From: Propionibacteriales bacterium
GTDB lineage: Bacteria > Actinomycetota > Actinomycetes > Propionibacteriales > Nocardioidaceae
Assembly (NCBI GenBank): GCA_013821195.1
Contig: JACDHG010000001.1
Coordinates: 1 to 51,653 of the forward strand
Direction of reading: 5' to 3'
DNA length: 51,653 nt
The notes under the pieces: model-generated
Told to the model about the DNA's origin: nothing
Databases searched by the model: none
The model's input: only the letters and a program-made list of their open reading frames with translations
Position numbers and translations under genes: made by a program
Part shown: one piece after another, positions 7,757-17,756 of the stretch
How positions within the stretch are numbered: the first letter of the stretch is position 1
Layout of the letters: the number at the start of each line of letters is the position of its first letter

Positions 7757-8977
7757 GTGGTTGCTGACACCACGCCGACCGACGACACAGGGTGCACGAT
7801 CCTCCACGTCGACATGGATGCCTTCTATGCAGCAGTGGCGATTCGCGACCGGCCCGAGCTTGATGACCTGCCGGTGATCGTCGGTGGCGGTCACCGTGGC
7901 GTCGTGTTGTCGGCGACGTACGCCGCCCGTGCCGACGGCGTGCACTCGGCGATGCCGATGACGCGGGCCAGACGACTGTGCCCGAGGGCTGTGGTCGTCG
8001 CGCCTGACTTCGAGCGGTTCAGTGCCGTGTCCGCAGCCATCATGGAGACGTTCCGCAGTGCCACTCCGATGGTCGAGCCGCTGTCGATGGACGAGGCGTT
8101 CCTCGACGTCTCGGGCTCGTTGCGCCGCTTCCGGTCGGCCACGGCAGTCGGCGACTACCTCCGCACCAGGATCTTTGCCGAGCAGCAGATCACCTGCTCG
8201 GTGGGTGTCGCACCCACGGCGGGGCTCGCGAAGATCGCCTCCGGACGGGCAAAGCCGGACGGGCTTGTCGTCGTCCCCCGGCATGAGGTGACGGCGTTCC
8301 TCCATCCGCTCGGGGTGGAGGAGCTGTGGGGGGTCGGTGAGGTGACTGCAGGTCAGCTGCATCGTCTCGGTCTGCGCACTGTCGGCGACCTGGCCCACAC
8401 TCCGCTGAGCGTGCTCGAGCGAGCCCTCGGCCAGCATGGCGGCGCCAGGATGCATGCGATGGCGTGGGGCGACGACGACCGGGCGGTGGTGCCTCGGCGG
8501 GGCCACGACGAGCCCGAGCGCAGCATGGGTGCGGACGAGACGTTCGGCCGCGACACCGACGATCAGGCCGTCGTATGCCGGGAGCTTCTCAGGTTGTCGA
8601 CGAAGGTCGCGGCCCGGATGCGGTCGGTGGGCGTCAGCGGTCGTACCGTCACCATCAAGGTGAGGTTTCATGACTTCACCACGATCACTCGGTCCCGGAC
8701 CTTGGCCGACACCACCGACAGCACCCCGCAGATCTATGCCACGGCGACCCAGCTGTTCGCGGCGCTCGGGCTGCAGCGTGCGCGGATCAGGCTGGTGGGG
8801 GTGCGGGTCGAAAGACTCGTTGACAAGGCCTTGACGACGCCTCAGCTGATGCTGGGCGAGCGTGCTCATGGCTGGGAGGACGCAGAGCGGGCAGTCGATC
8901 GTGCGGTGACCCGGTTCGGCGGATCGGCCGTACGACCGGCGACTTTGATCGGATCGTCCCCCCTAAGCCGACCCTAA
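7757..8977 (+). CDS. dinB: DNA polymerase IV (Y-family, catalytic residues intact)
   Basis: ILHVDMDAFYAAVAIRD, SATYAARADGVHSAMP and VEPLSMDEAFLDVSG correspond to the catalytic D/D/E motifs of DinB. aggagg SD upstream of GTG 7757. Confidence 0.9.
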   Translation: MVADTTPTDDTGCTILHVDMDAFYAAVAIRDRPELDDLPVIVGGGHRGVVLSATYAARADGVHSAMPMTRARRLCPRAVVVAPDFERFSAVSAAIMETFRSATPMVEPLSMDEAFLDVSGSLRRFRSATAVGDYLRTRIFAEQQITCSVGVAPTAGLAKIASGRAKPDGLVVVPRHEVTAFLHPLGVEELWGVGEVTAGQLHRLGLRTVGDLAHTPLSVLERALGQHGGARMHAMAWGDDDRAVVPRRGHDEPERSMGADETFGRDTDDQAVVCRELLRLSTKVAARMRSVGVSGRTVTIKVRFHDFTTITRSRTLADTTDSTPQIYATATQLFAALGLQRARIRLVGVRVERLVDKALTTPQLMLGERAHGWEDAERAVDRAVTRFGGSAVRPATLIGSSPLSRP

Positions 8978-8982
8978 GCCGA
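8961..8982 (+). repeat. Perfect 11-bp tandem duplication (ccctaagccga x2) spanning the dinB stop codon
   Basis: Read directly: 8961..8971 and 8972..8982 are identical. The in-frame TAA (8975..8977) lies in the second copy. Confidence 0.9.
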
Positions 8983-8989
8983 CCCTTCA

Positions 8990-9007
8990 TGACGCGGGCC
9001 GCCGTCA
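8990..9007. terminator. Possible bidirectional hairpin between convergent dinB and ldt
   Basis: tgacg-cgggccgc-cgtca forms a 5-bp outer stem plus 2 inner GC pairs. There is no U-tract. Confidence 0.3.
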
Positions 9008-9014
9008 GCTCATC

Positions 9015-9800
9015 TCAATCCCAGGCGCCGTAGACGGTGACCATGAGCCGCTTGCCGTTGGTCAGGCGCCACAGCTGACGGGCATCCTCGACATACATGT
9101 TGACGCAGCCGTGGCTGTGTCCGTAGAAGGGGTCGGTCATGTTCCTCGAGCCGTGCAGCGCCTCTCCGCCGTCGAAGAACTGTGAGTACGGCATCGGGGA
9201 GCCGAACATGCCCGAGACATGGTCCCGGTCGCGGTAGTAGACCGCGTGCGTCCCCCGCCGGGTCGGGGTGCTGGAGGCGCCGCCACGGACCAGCCACGTG
9301 TTCACGAGGTTGCCGTTCCGTAGCAGGACCACCTGGTGCATCGAGCGGTCATAGCAGGCGTGCCAGCCGTCACGACGGCAGACCTCCGGCACCGCGCTCC
9401 GATGCCGGACGGTGTCGCGCAAGAGGTGCGCCCACGTGACGTGGTTGGCGACACCACTAGGGGTCAGACCCTCTCGGCGCTGGTAACGCTTCACCGCTGC
9501 CCGGGTGATGTCGCCGAAGTTGCCGGTGACGCCGACAGAGAAGACTCCCGCCCAACGCAGGCGATACTGCAGCTCGCGCACGTGGGCGATGTGGTAGACG
9601 CCGCGGTCCGACTGGCCGTAGCGGACGACCTCGCGGGCGAACTGGCGACGCATCGAGAATGCCGATGCTGCTGCGGCGGACGTCGTCGCAGCGGTGGCGA
9701 CTGTCGCCGGTGTGGTGGGGCTGCCGGCTTGCGCCGGGGCAGACACGCCCAGGCTGAGGACGACGGAGGCGATGCCGACTGTTGACAAGAGCTTCTTCAC
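9015..9800 (-). CDS. Secreted L,D-transpeptidase (PG_binding_1 + YkuD domains)
   Basis: Signal peptide MKKLLSTVGIASVVLSLGVSAPAQA. Peptidoglycan-binding repeat LQYRLRWAGVF..GNFGDITRAAVKRYQ. YkuD catalytic motif HGSR....GHSHGCVNM. Confidence 0.85.
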   Translation of the reverse strand: MKKLLSTVGIASVVLSLGVSAPAQAGSPTTPATVATAATTSAAAASAFSMRRQFAREVVRYGQSDRGVYHIAHVRELQYRLRWAGVFSVGVTGNFGDITRAAVKRYQRREGLTPSGVANHVTWAHLLRDTVRHRSAVPEVCRRDGWHACYDRSMHQVVLLRNGNLVNTWLVRGGASSTPTRRGTHAVYYRDRDHVSGMFGSPMPYSQFFDGGEALHGSRNMTDPFYGHSHGCVNMYVEDARQLWRLTNGKRLMVTVYGAWD

Positions 9801-10036
9801 GATTCTTCCTTCGTGCGCACCGGTGCGCGAGTGGTGTCGGGTTTGGATGAAGCATATGGCTCTTCACCGACAACGGGGCGGGTTATGACGACTGCAGAAG
9901 GCGACCGGCCGTCCTGCTCGAGCCGGTTACACTCAAGACGCCGCAGCGACCAATTTGGTTGTCTGGGTTTCGTACTCAGAAGTCCGCGCCTAGACTGGGC
10001 CTCACGTTCCCGGCTAACCCTCGTCGAGTGGAGGAC

Positions 10037-10438
10037 ATGGTGCCGCTCTCTGAAGAAGAGCAGCGTCTGCTCGAGCAGATGGAAGAGGCGCTGACGGCGG
10101 AGGACCCGCAGTTCGTCTCCGCCCTGCGTGGTGCCTCGTCCCGCCGCCATCACAAGCGCATCGTGATCTTTGCCGCGATCGGCTTCGTTGTCGGTGTCGT
10201 TCTGCTGATGACCGGTGCTGTCCTGTCGCTCACGATCGTCGCCGTCGCAGGCTTCGTCGTGATGCTCGGCTGCGCATACGCCGCCTTGACCCACGGTCGC
10301 CGGCTCGGGGAGCCTGAGCTCCCCGACAACGTGCACCGGATCGACAAGGTGAGGGAGAGGCCAGCCTCCTCAGGAGAGTCGTCAGGCTTCATGAACCGGA
10401 TGGAAGACCGCTGGCGCCGACGCCGCGACGACTACTGA
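10037..10438 (+). CDS. DUF3040-type small membrane protein
   Basis: MVPLSEEEQRLLEQMEEALTAEDPQFVSALRG is the hallmark DUF3040 N-terminus, followed by two TM helices. SD gtggagga lies before ATG 10037. Confidence 0.8.
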   Translation: MVPLSEEEQRLLEQMEEALTAEDPQFVSALRGASSRRHHKRIVIFAAIGFVVGVVLLMTGAVLSLTIVAVAGFVVMLGCAYAALTHGRRLGEPELPDNVHRIDKVRERPASSGESSGFMNRMEDRWRRRRDDY

Positions 10439-10477
10439 GAGTCTGTACGCGACGCACAGCCGCACGACGTCGGTCCG

Positions 10478-12805
10478 TCACTCAGGCGTGGGCGCACTGC
10501 TCCGGCGACTTTGCAGGAGAGACTCCCAGGCTCTTCTGAGGTCCGGAACCAACGAGCTCGGCAGGAGCAGGGCCCGCACCCGCTGACCGCGCTCAGCGGC
10601 CTGGCTGACCGACGCCATCACGGTGACGGCGTCACTGGCCGGGTCCGCGCCTGTCGACGGTGAGGCTGCGTATCGCGATCGCTCGACGCTGAGTGTCAGC
10701 CGGTTCAGGGCGGCCAGGCCCTCGCCATCGCCCATCAGCAGACCCGTCACCGCCCGTTCTCTCGCCCGCGGAGTCATCGATCCGGTCCAGGGCAGGCGGA
10801 GGTCACGGATGTGGTCGCGGAGCTCGAGCCAGGCGGACTCTGCCGCCTCCGCGGCTCCGATGGGACCGCTGAGGCGAGCGCGGCGAATGCCGCGACGCAG
10901 CGCCATCGGAGCCAGCGCGAGAGCCACCACGGCCAGCAGCACGAGCCAGCCCTTCGAGGGGGCGGATCCGGTCCCGCCGCCCGACCCGTCGGTGGCGCCG
11001 GCTCCCGGAGTCTCGGTAGGTCGATCGGTCCGGGGATCCTCGGTCAGGTCCCTGCCGGTCGGAAGGCTCGGCGTGGGCCCGGTGGGACTCGCGGTGGGCT
11101 CGACCGCGCGTGGAGCCCAGGACGGCAAGGTCGCGCCAACCCCTGGCGTCGGCTCGAAGCGCACCCACCCCGCACCTTCGAAGTAGAGCTCTGGCCATGC
11201 GTGCACGTTGTCGGAGGTGATGACGTAGGCTCCGTCGTCATCCCTGCGCTCCGGCTCGAGGAAGCCGACCACGATCCGCGACGGGATCCCCAGCGTGCGC
11301 GCCATCATCGCCATCGTCGCGGCAAACTGCTGACAGAAGCCGCGACGCTCCTGCAGGAACTCGGTCATCGACTCGTAGCCGTAGCCGTAGGCGGCATCGA
11401 GGTCGTAGGTGAACTCCTCTGAGTCACGAAAGAAGTCCTGCAACAGCACGGCGGCGTCATACGGCGTCTCGGCGCCGCTGGTGACGGCGCGGGCGTATCG
11501 CTCGATGCCCGGGGGTACGTCGGCGGGCACTGCCGCGAACTCGTCGCGAACGTCAGCCGGCACTTCACCAGCCGCCGCCAACTGCTCGCGGGTGGGCATG
11601 CTCTGGGAGTACGTCACCTTGTAGTCGGACAGACCGGCGGCCGACGTCTCTGTCGTCGCGGTGACGGTCTGGTCCCGCGGCACGTAGCCCCAGCCCGAGT
11701 CGATTGCGACGTACTGCGAGAAGAAGGGGACGGGCAGCCACGACGAGTTCTGGGGGAACTCGGCTGTCGCCCCGATCGTCATCTGGCGCTGCTCCGGCTC
11801 GACGTCGTCGGACACGCCGGTGGGACGCGGGAGCGCGTTCGAGACAGGGATGGTATCGCCGAGGTCGAGCGGGTTCGCCCTCCAGGCGTTGGGACCGGGC
11901 TCGTCGAGCACCACCAGGCGCAGGTAGTCGGGAACGACATCGCTTGACACCGTGAGAAGGTCGACGGGTTCCGGTCGCCGGAGGCTTGACGCGAGGCTGA
12001 CCATCGGGTCGTCGAAGCTGAGCTGAGGACCGTCGCCGGTGCCAGGCCCCGTCCCGCGGTCGCCGTCAAGGAAGGACGACGAGAAGGCGGGGATGAAGAT
12101 CGGCAGGACGACAGCCGTCGAGATAGCGATGACGGAGACCCGACGTCCGGTGGCGAGGAGTCCCGACGTGTCCATGGCGGTGCTCTCGCGACCGGGCGTG
12201 CTTCTGGACACGAGCCGCCCCCAGTGGGAGAGTCGGTCGCGCTCGTCGGCGAGCAGCAGCGCGACGTACGCCACCGCACCGGGAAGGAAGCCGTAGAAGG
12301 GAACGCCGTCGGGCAAAGCGGTGACTGGGACTGTGTACATGGTCAGCAACGGCAGGCCTGTCAGCGGAACCCGTCGGACCCCGGCGGCGAAGAAGTCGAC
12401 GAGAACCCCGACCACGCCGATCGCCACCAGCACGAGCATCGTCAGCCCAGCGCTTGCGGGTGCGGGTGCGGCGTACTCTGACGCGACTGTCATCCCGGAG
12501 TCGACGATGTCCCGGAGTCCGGTCACTGTCGCCTTGGTGGGGAGCACACCGAGCTCGAGCTTCTCGCCGAACCCAAGGATGAGCATCTCTGCGAGCGTCA
12601 CCAGCTGGGCCGCGACGACGAGCAGAGCCGGTGTCCGGAGTAGGCGCAGCCCGATCCCGAGCAGGACCAGGAGGCCCGTCACCGAGGCCCCATAGAAGAA
12701 GTAGCTCTGGTTGGTGATCGTCGGCAGGAAACAGGCAGACGTTCCGACAGTCGCCAGCCAACCGAGGAAGGCGATCTTCGAGCTCTCGCCAAGGGACTCT
12801 TTCAC
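10478..12805 (-). CDS. Transglutaminase-like membrane protein (TgpA/DUF3488-type)
   Basis: N-terminal polytopic TM region. Cys-His-Asp core: GFCQQFAATMAMMARTLGIPSRIVVGF, NVHAWPELYF, GWVRFEPT. I chose GTG 12805, which overlaps the DUF58 stop (GTGA), rather than the track start 12883. Confidence 0.85.
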   Translation of the reverse strand: MKESLGESSKIAFLGWLATVGTSACFLPTITNQSYFFYGASVTGLLVLLGIGLRLLRTPALLVVAAQLVTLAEMLILGFGEKLELGVLPTKATVTGLRDIVDSGMTVASEYAAPAPASAGLTMLVLVAIGVVGVLVDFFAAGVRRVPLTGLPLLTMYTVPVTALPDGVPFYGFLPGAVAYVALLLADERDRLSHWGRLVSRSTPGRESTAMDTSGLLATGRRVSVIAISTAVVLPIFIPAFSSSFLDGDRGTGPGTGDGPQLSFDDPMVSLASSLRRPEPVDLLTVSSDVVPDYLRLVVLDEPGPNAWRANPLDLGDTIPVSNALPRPTGVSDDVEPEQRQMTIGATAEFPQNSSWLPVPFFSQYVAIDSGWGYVPRDQTVTATTETSAAGLSDYKVTYSQSMPTREQLAAAGEVPADVRDEFAAVPADVPPGIERYARAVTSGAETPYDAAVLLQDFFRDSEEFTYDLDAAYGYGYESMTEFLQERRGFCQQFAATMAMMARTLGIPSRIVVGFLEPERRDDDGAYVITSDNVHAWPELYFEGAGWVRFEPTPGVGATLPSWAPRAVEPTASPTGPTPSLPTGRDLTEDPRTDRPTETPGAGATDGSGGGTGSAPSKGWLVLLAVVALALAPMALRRGIRRARLSGPIGAAEAAESAWLELRDHIRDLRLPWTGSMTPRARERAVTGLLMGDGEGLAALNRLTLSVERSRYAASPSTGADPASDAVTVMASVSQAAERGQRVRALLLPSSLVPDLRRAWESLLQSRRSSAPTPE

Positions 12806-14103
12806 GCAGCCGGTCCTGTCTGCTCCATGACTCTCGATGGGTGACGCGGCCCCACCCCGGCGCTCGCGCTGAAGCCCTGCCACACGGCCGGCAGCGATTG
12901 GGACGGTCCAGCCACGGCGACCGTCCAGCCCCGGGCACGAAGTGCACGCGCCTGCCTCTCGACCGGCCTGCCGCCGGTCGCTGCCTTGTCATGCGACCAC
13001 GCCGCGGTGTCGAGGAGGATGGCGAGCGCGCGGGTCGCTCCTGAGCGCAGCCCCGAGACTGAGACGATGTCGGCATCGGAGCAGTCACCGAGGATGGCGA
13101 CCAGCAAGCCAGCGCTGTTGCGGTCGGCCATGGCGGGCGTCATCGCAGTGCGGGTTGATGTGCCGATCACCGCCAGCGACTCGAGCAGCATCTGCACCTC
13201 GACGGGTCCGCTGATGCCCCGGTCGTGCCACGTCGCGTCGGCCGCGCGGACGTCATCGGTCAGCAGCCGCACGGTGAAGCCCTGCCTAGCGAGATGTGCG
13301 CCGATGGACGCTGCGGCCGAGACGGCGTACTCGAATGACGACGCCGGCCCGGAGCCGCGATGGACGCCCGCACGGGTGTCGAGCACGATCGTCGCTCGGC
13401 TCTGATGCGGTTGCTCCTCGCGACGCACCATCAGCTCGTCGGTACGCGCGGTCGATCTCCAGTGGATGCGGCGCAGGTCGTCGCCCAGGCGGTACTCGCG
13501 CACCATGACGTCCTCAGTTCCGGCAGCAGCGAAGGCTCGTGGCCGGTTCTCCCCGGTGCCGGACCAGTCGCCCGAGAGGCGCACGGCGGGCAGGTCGACG
13601 ACGACCGGAGTGACGACCATGACGGCCCGGGTGGTGAAGGCGCGGGTAAGCTCCACGAACCCGAAAGGATCGCTGATGCGCACGGTGAGAGGTCCGATCA
13701 TGAAACGACCGCGGACCTCCGAGCGAACGGGATAGCTGACAGTCCGCTGCCAGCGCGGTCGCAGCTGGTCGAGCACGAACCGCGGACGGCTGCCGAGCAC
13801 ATAGGGGACCTGGTCCTCGAGCAGCATGAGGCCCGTGGGCGCTCGGCCGGGGTTCTCGAGCCGGAGCGAGACCTGCGCCGTCTGGCCGGCCGGCACCCGC
13901 GCCGGGGCGATCTCACGCGAGCACGACAGCCGGTAGCGGCCGCGACTGGCGATCACGGCGGTGACCACAGGAAGCAGGATGAGGAGCAGCCCCACCCGGA
14001 GCAGGTCCTTCTGGCCGAGTGCGATCGCGCAGACGGCGCTGGTGATGCCAGCGGACAGAAACGCGCGCCCGCGAGTCGTCAAGTTGGAGAGGGTGGCCCG
14101 CAT
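12802..14103 (-). CDS. DUF58 domain protein
   Basis: VREYRLGDDLRRIHWRSTARTDELMVRREE is the DUF58 signature. There are two N-terminal TM helices. The gene sits between MoxR and the transglutaminase. Confidence 0.85.
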   Translation of the reverse strand: MRATLSNLTTRGRAFLSAGITSAVCAIALGQKDLLRVGLLLILLPVVTAVIASRGRYRLSCSREIAPARVPAGQTAQVSLRLENPGRAPTGLMLLEDQVPYVLGSRPRFVLDQLRPRWQRTVSYPVRSEVRGRFMIGPLTVRISDPFGFVELTRAFTTRAVMVVTPVVVDLPAVRLSGDWSGTGENRPRAFAAAGTEDVMVREYRLGDDLRRIHWRSTARTDELMVRREEQPHQSRATIVLDTRAGVHRGSGPASSFEYAVSAAASIGAHLARQGFTVRLLTDDVRAADATWHDRGISGPVEVQMLLESLAVIGTSTRTAMTPAMADRNSAGLLVAILGDCSDADIVSVSGLRSGATRALAILLDTAAWSHDKAATGGRPVERQARALRARGWTVAVAGPSQSLPAVWQGFSASAGVGPRHPSRVMEQTGPAA

Positions 14104-14111
14104 GATCTCGC

Positions 14112-15083
<972 letters not shown>

Positions 15084-15343
15084 CAGGTCCCCTTGCCGAC
15101 TCGTGCTCACACAGGTCAACCGAATCGTCAGACCCGGAAGCCTTGATCTTGACAACTTCGGACCGTCCGCGCGATGACCCACCCATAACGATGTGATGAC
15201 GCACTGGACGCACAGCCGGGTCCGCGCGGGGCACGCGTCGTCGGGGCCGAACCTACCGCATGGGATCGGGAGATCCACGCCTCGCGACCCGGTCTTCTCG
15301 GGTGCTGACGAGGAGAAAAGGCGTCCGATATGGGTGAGAGCGG

Positions 15344-15385
15344 TTGACCAGGGAGGGATGTGGAGTACAGTGGAGCGCAATGGAG
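15344..15385 (+). promoter_or_regulatory. mraZ promoter overlapped by phased direct repeats (putative MraZ operator)
   Basis: TTGACC (15344..15349), 16 nt, TACAGT (15366..15371). Four hexamers at exactly 10-bp spacing: aGGGAG 15350, gTGGAG 15360, gTGGAG 15370, aTGGAG 15380. Confidence 0.6.
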
Positions 15386-15410
15386 CAGATCACTCGGAAG
15401 GGGAGGTGCC

Positions 15411-15848
15411 GTGTTTCTTGGAACCCACACTCCCCGTCTCGACGAGAAGGGCCGGATCTTCCTCCCCGCGAAGTTCCGGGACGAGCTGTCGGAGGGCCTG
15501 GTGGTGACGAGGGGACAGGAGCGGTGCCTGTACGTCTGGCCGAGCACGGAGTTCCGTCGCTTCACCGAGCAGATGCGTGAGACCCCGGTGACGAGCCGCA
15601 GGGGACGCGACTTCATGCGGATGCTGTTCGCCGGCGCGTCCGCCGAGACCGCGGACAAGCAAGGGCGCGTCACGTTGGCGCCGATGCTGCGCGACTACGC
15701 CGGGCTCCACCGTGAGTGCGTAGTGATCGGCGCCTACACCCGGGTGGAGATCTGGGATGCGGCGGCGTGGAACACCTACAGCGCCGAGCAGGAGTCGGCG
15801 TTCTCCGACTGGTCGGAGGAGGTGCTGCCCGGCTCCCACGACTTCTGA
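15411..15848 (+). CDS. mraZ: Transcriptional regulator MraZ
   Basis: GTG 15411 after ggaaggggaggtg. The protein starts with [25 protein letters not shown] and contains a second SpoVT-AbrB repeat ([18 protein letters not shown]). Confidence 0.92.
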   Translation: MFLGTHTPRLDEKGRIFLPAKFRDELSEGLVVTRGQERCLYVWPSTEFRRFTEQMRETPVTSRRGRDFMRMLFAGASAETADKQGRVTLAPMLRDYAGLHRECVVIGAYTRVEIWDAAAWNTYSAEQESAFSDWSEEVLPGSHDF

Positions 15849-16074
15849 GACAGCCGCGAGTCCGTCATGACCATCCGTCCGAGACCGAGCAACCATCCTC
15901 GTACGTCGAGGTCCCCGAGCCGCCCCTTCAGGCCCCGCTGGCACCACTTCCCCGGTGCCAGCCGGCCACTCTCGCGAAGGTGCGGGCGGGGACCTGGCCG
16001 TACGAAGAGTTCCAGCGCCGCTCAGCTCTCGCTCCACCCACCGTCAGCCGCACCACACTCTCGAAGGGTCGAAG

Positions 16075-16230
16075 ATGTCGAGTTGGGGAGTCTCCACCCG
16101 CGAGCCCGAGGCGCCCGTGCGTCGGGTTCGCGACGAAGTCAAGGATGGCGCTGCCGTTGTCATCGCGTCCGCCGTCACCTCAACCCTCCTGGCGGTCTGC
16201 GTGCTGCTGCTGACCAAGCTCACCGGCTGA
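16075..16230 (+). CDS. Candidate 51-aa single-TM protein between mraZ and rsmH
   Basis: ATG 16075 is preceded by gaagggtcgaag. The peptide is MSSWGVSTREPEAPVRRVRDEVKDGAAVVIASAVTSTLLAVCVLLLTKLTG. Third-position GC is high (about 80% by my count). The stop is 9 nt before the rsmH ATG. Confidence 0.45.
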   Translation: MSSWGVSTREPEAPVRRVRDEVKDGAAVVIASAVTSTLLAVCVLLLTKLTG

Positions 16231-16239
16231 TCGACGACG

Positions 16240-17193
16240 ATGTCGGGCCCTTCCCATGTCCCCGTCCTGGTCGACCGGGTGGTCGCCCTGGTGGCCCCGG
16301 CGCTGTCCAGGCCGTCAGCTGTCCTCGTCGACGCCACCGTGGGTCTCGGCGGTCACACGTCCGCAATTCTTGCCGCCTGCCCGACGGCCACCGTCGTCGG
16401 TCTGGACCGCGACGCGCGGGCGCTGGAGCTTGCGGGCGAACGGCTCGAAGAGTTCTCCGAGCGCATCGTCTTGGTCCATGCCGTCTATGACGAGATCACC
16501 GGCGTACTCGACCGTCTCGGGTTGAGCCGCGTCCATGGCGTCCTCTTCGACCTTGGGGTCTCGTCCATGCAGCTCGACGAGCCGGCCCGAGGCTTCGCCT
16601 ACGCCCGGGACGCTCCTCTTGACATGCGCATGGACCAGGAGAGTGGCGTCACAGCCGCCGACCTGCTCAATGTCGCGTCGACCCGGGAGCTGTCCCGCAT
16701 CCTGAGCCGGTACGGCGAGGAGCGCTTCTCCCGGCGCATCGCCGAGGCGGTGGTGCGAGACCGAGAGCGCGAGCCCTTCACGACCAGCGGGCGGCTGGTG
16801 GAGCTCATCCGGTCCGCCATCCCGGCAGCCGCCCGGCGTACCGGGGGCAATCCCGCGAAACGCACGTTCCAGGCACTCCGCATCGCCGTCAACGACGAGC
16901 TGAGCGTCCTCGAACGTGCCTTGCCGGCAGCGATCGACGCCCTCGCCGTCGGTGGACGGATCGTTGTCATGTCCTACCAGTCGCTCGAGGACCGACTGGC
17001 AAAGCAGGCGCTTCGCACTCGGGCCACCTCCGCGGCTCCCCTCGACCTTCCGGTGGTGCCTGCCGGTTACGAGCCAGAGCTGCGGCTGTTGACGCGGGGC
17101 GCCGAGGGCGCGACGGCCGAGGAGAACGAACACAATCCGCGCGCCGCATCCGTCAGGCTTCGCGCTGCTGAACGGGTCAGGGAGGTCGCATGA
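16240..17193 (+). CDS. rsmH: 16S rRNA (cytosine1402-N4)-methyltransferase
   Basis: [34 protein letters not shown], and position after mraZ. Confidence 0.93.
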   Translation: MSGPSHVPVLVDRVVALVAPALSRPSAVLVDATVGLGGHTSAILAACPTATVVGLDRDARALELAGERLEEFSERIVLVHAVYDEITGVLDRLGLSRVHGVLFDLGVSSMQLDEPARGFAYARDAPLDMRMDQESGVTAADLLNVASTRELSRILSRYGEERFSRRIAEAVVRDREREPFTTSGRLVELIRSAIPAAARRTGGNPAKRTFQALRIAVNDELSVLERALPAAIDALAVGGRIVVMSYQSLEDRLAKQALRTRATSAAPLDLPVVPAGYEPELRLLTRGAEGATAEENEHNPRAASVRLRAAERVREVA

Positions 17194-17756
17194 GCTCATT
17201 GGTGAGCACGGTCCGAGCGCGGACCGCGCGCCCAGTGACCAGCCGCACACGTCCGCGACTTACGATCGTGCCGAAAGTCGCCACCCGCGCACCGCGGATC
17301 CCCTTCGTGCTGCTGGTTGTCAGCGTCCTCGCGGCCGGCCTCATCGGCTTGTTGCTCCTCAACACGGCCTTGCAGAGCGGTGCCTACCAGGTCACCGATC
17401 TCAGGCAGACCTCGTCGAGCCTGGCTGTCCAGCAGCAGAACCTCCGCACCAAGGTCGCATCGCTGCAACAGCCGCAGCGACTGGCTGAGAAGGCGCGGCA
17501 GCTCGGCATGGTGCAGAACGACAGCCCGGCCTTCCTCTCGTTGTCGACCGGTGCGATCGTCGGCAAAGCGGTGCCTGCGGTCGCGACGAACAAGGTGGAC
17601 GTCGGGCGGACCGTCGCCGCGGACCCGGTCCAGGCGGGCAAGACGGCCCCCGTCGTCCCGGGTCAGCTGGTGTCCGGCTCCACGCTTCCCGAGCGGCACC
17701 GGAGCGTGGCGAGCGAGACCAGGCGGCTCGCGCCCCCGACGGGCGACAACCCGTGA
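17190..17756 (+). CDS. ftsL: FtsL-like cell division protein
   Basis: ATGA overlap with rsmH. Basic N-terminus, a single TM ([21 protein letters not shown]), a coiled-coil segment, and the canonical position. Confidence 0.75.
   Translation: MSSLVSTVRARTARPVTSRTRPRLTIVPKVATRAPRIPFVLLVVSVLAAGLIGLLLLNTALQSGAYQVTDLRQTSSSLAVQQQNLRTKVASLQQPQRLAEKARQLGMVQNDSPAFLSLSTGAIVGKAVPAVATNKVDVGRTVAADPVQAGKTAPVVPGQLVSGSTLPERHRSVASETRRLAPPTGDNP

Noticed and set aside
9801-10036. Possible c-di-AMP (ydaO-type) or other riboswitch upstream of the cell-wall L,D-transpeptidase.
   Set aside because: I read the reverse-strand leader and found none of the conserved ydaO core segments. Only a short palindrome is present, which is reported separately at low interest.
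15867-16490. 207-aa plus-strand ORF covering the mraZ-rsmH spacer and running into rsmH.
   Set aside because: It is extremely Pro/Arg/Ser-rich, out of frame with rsmH over 250 nt, and has no SD. The shorter 16075..16230 ORF in another frame is the better candidate.
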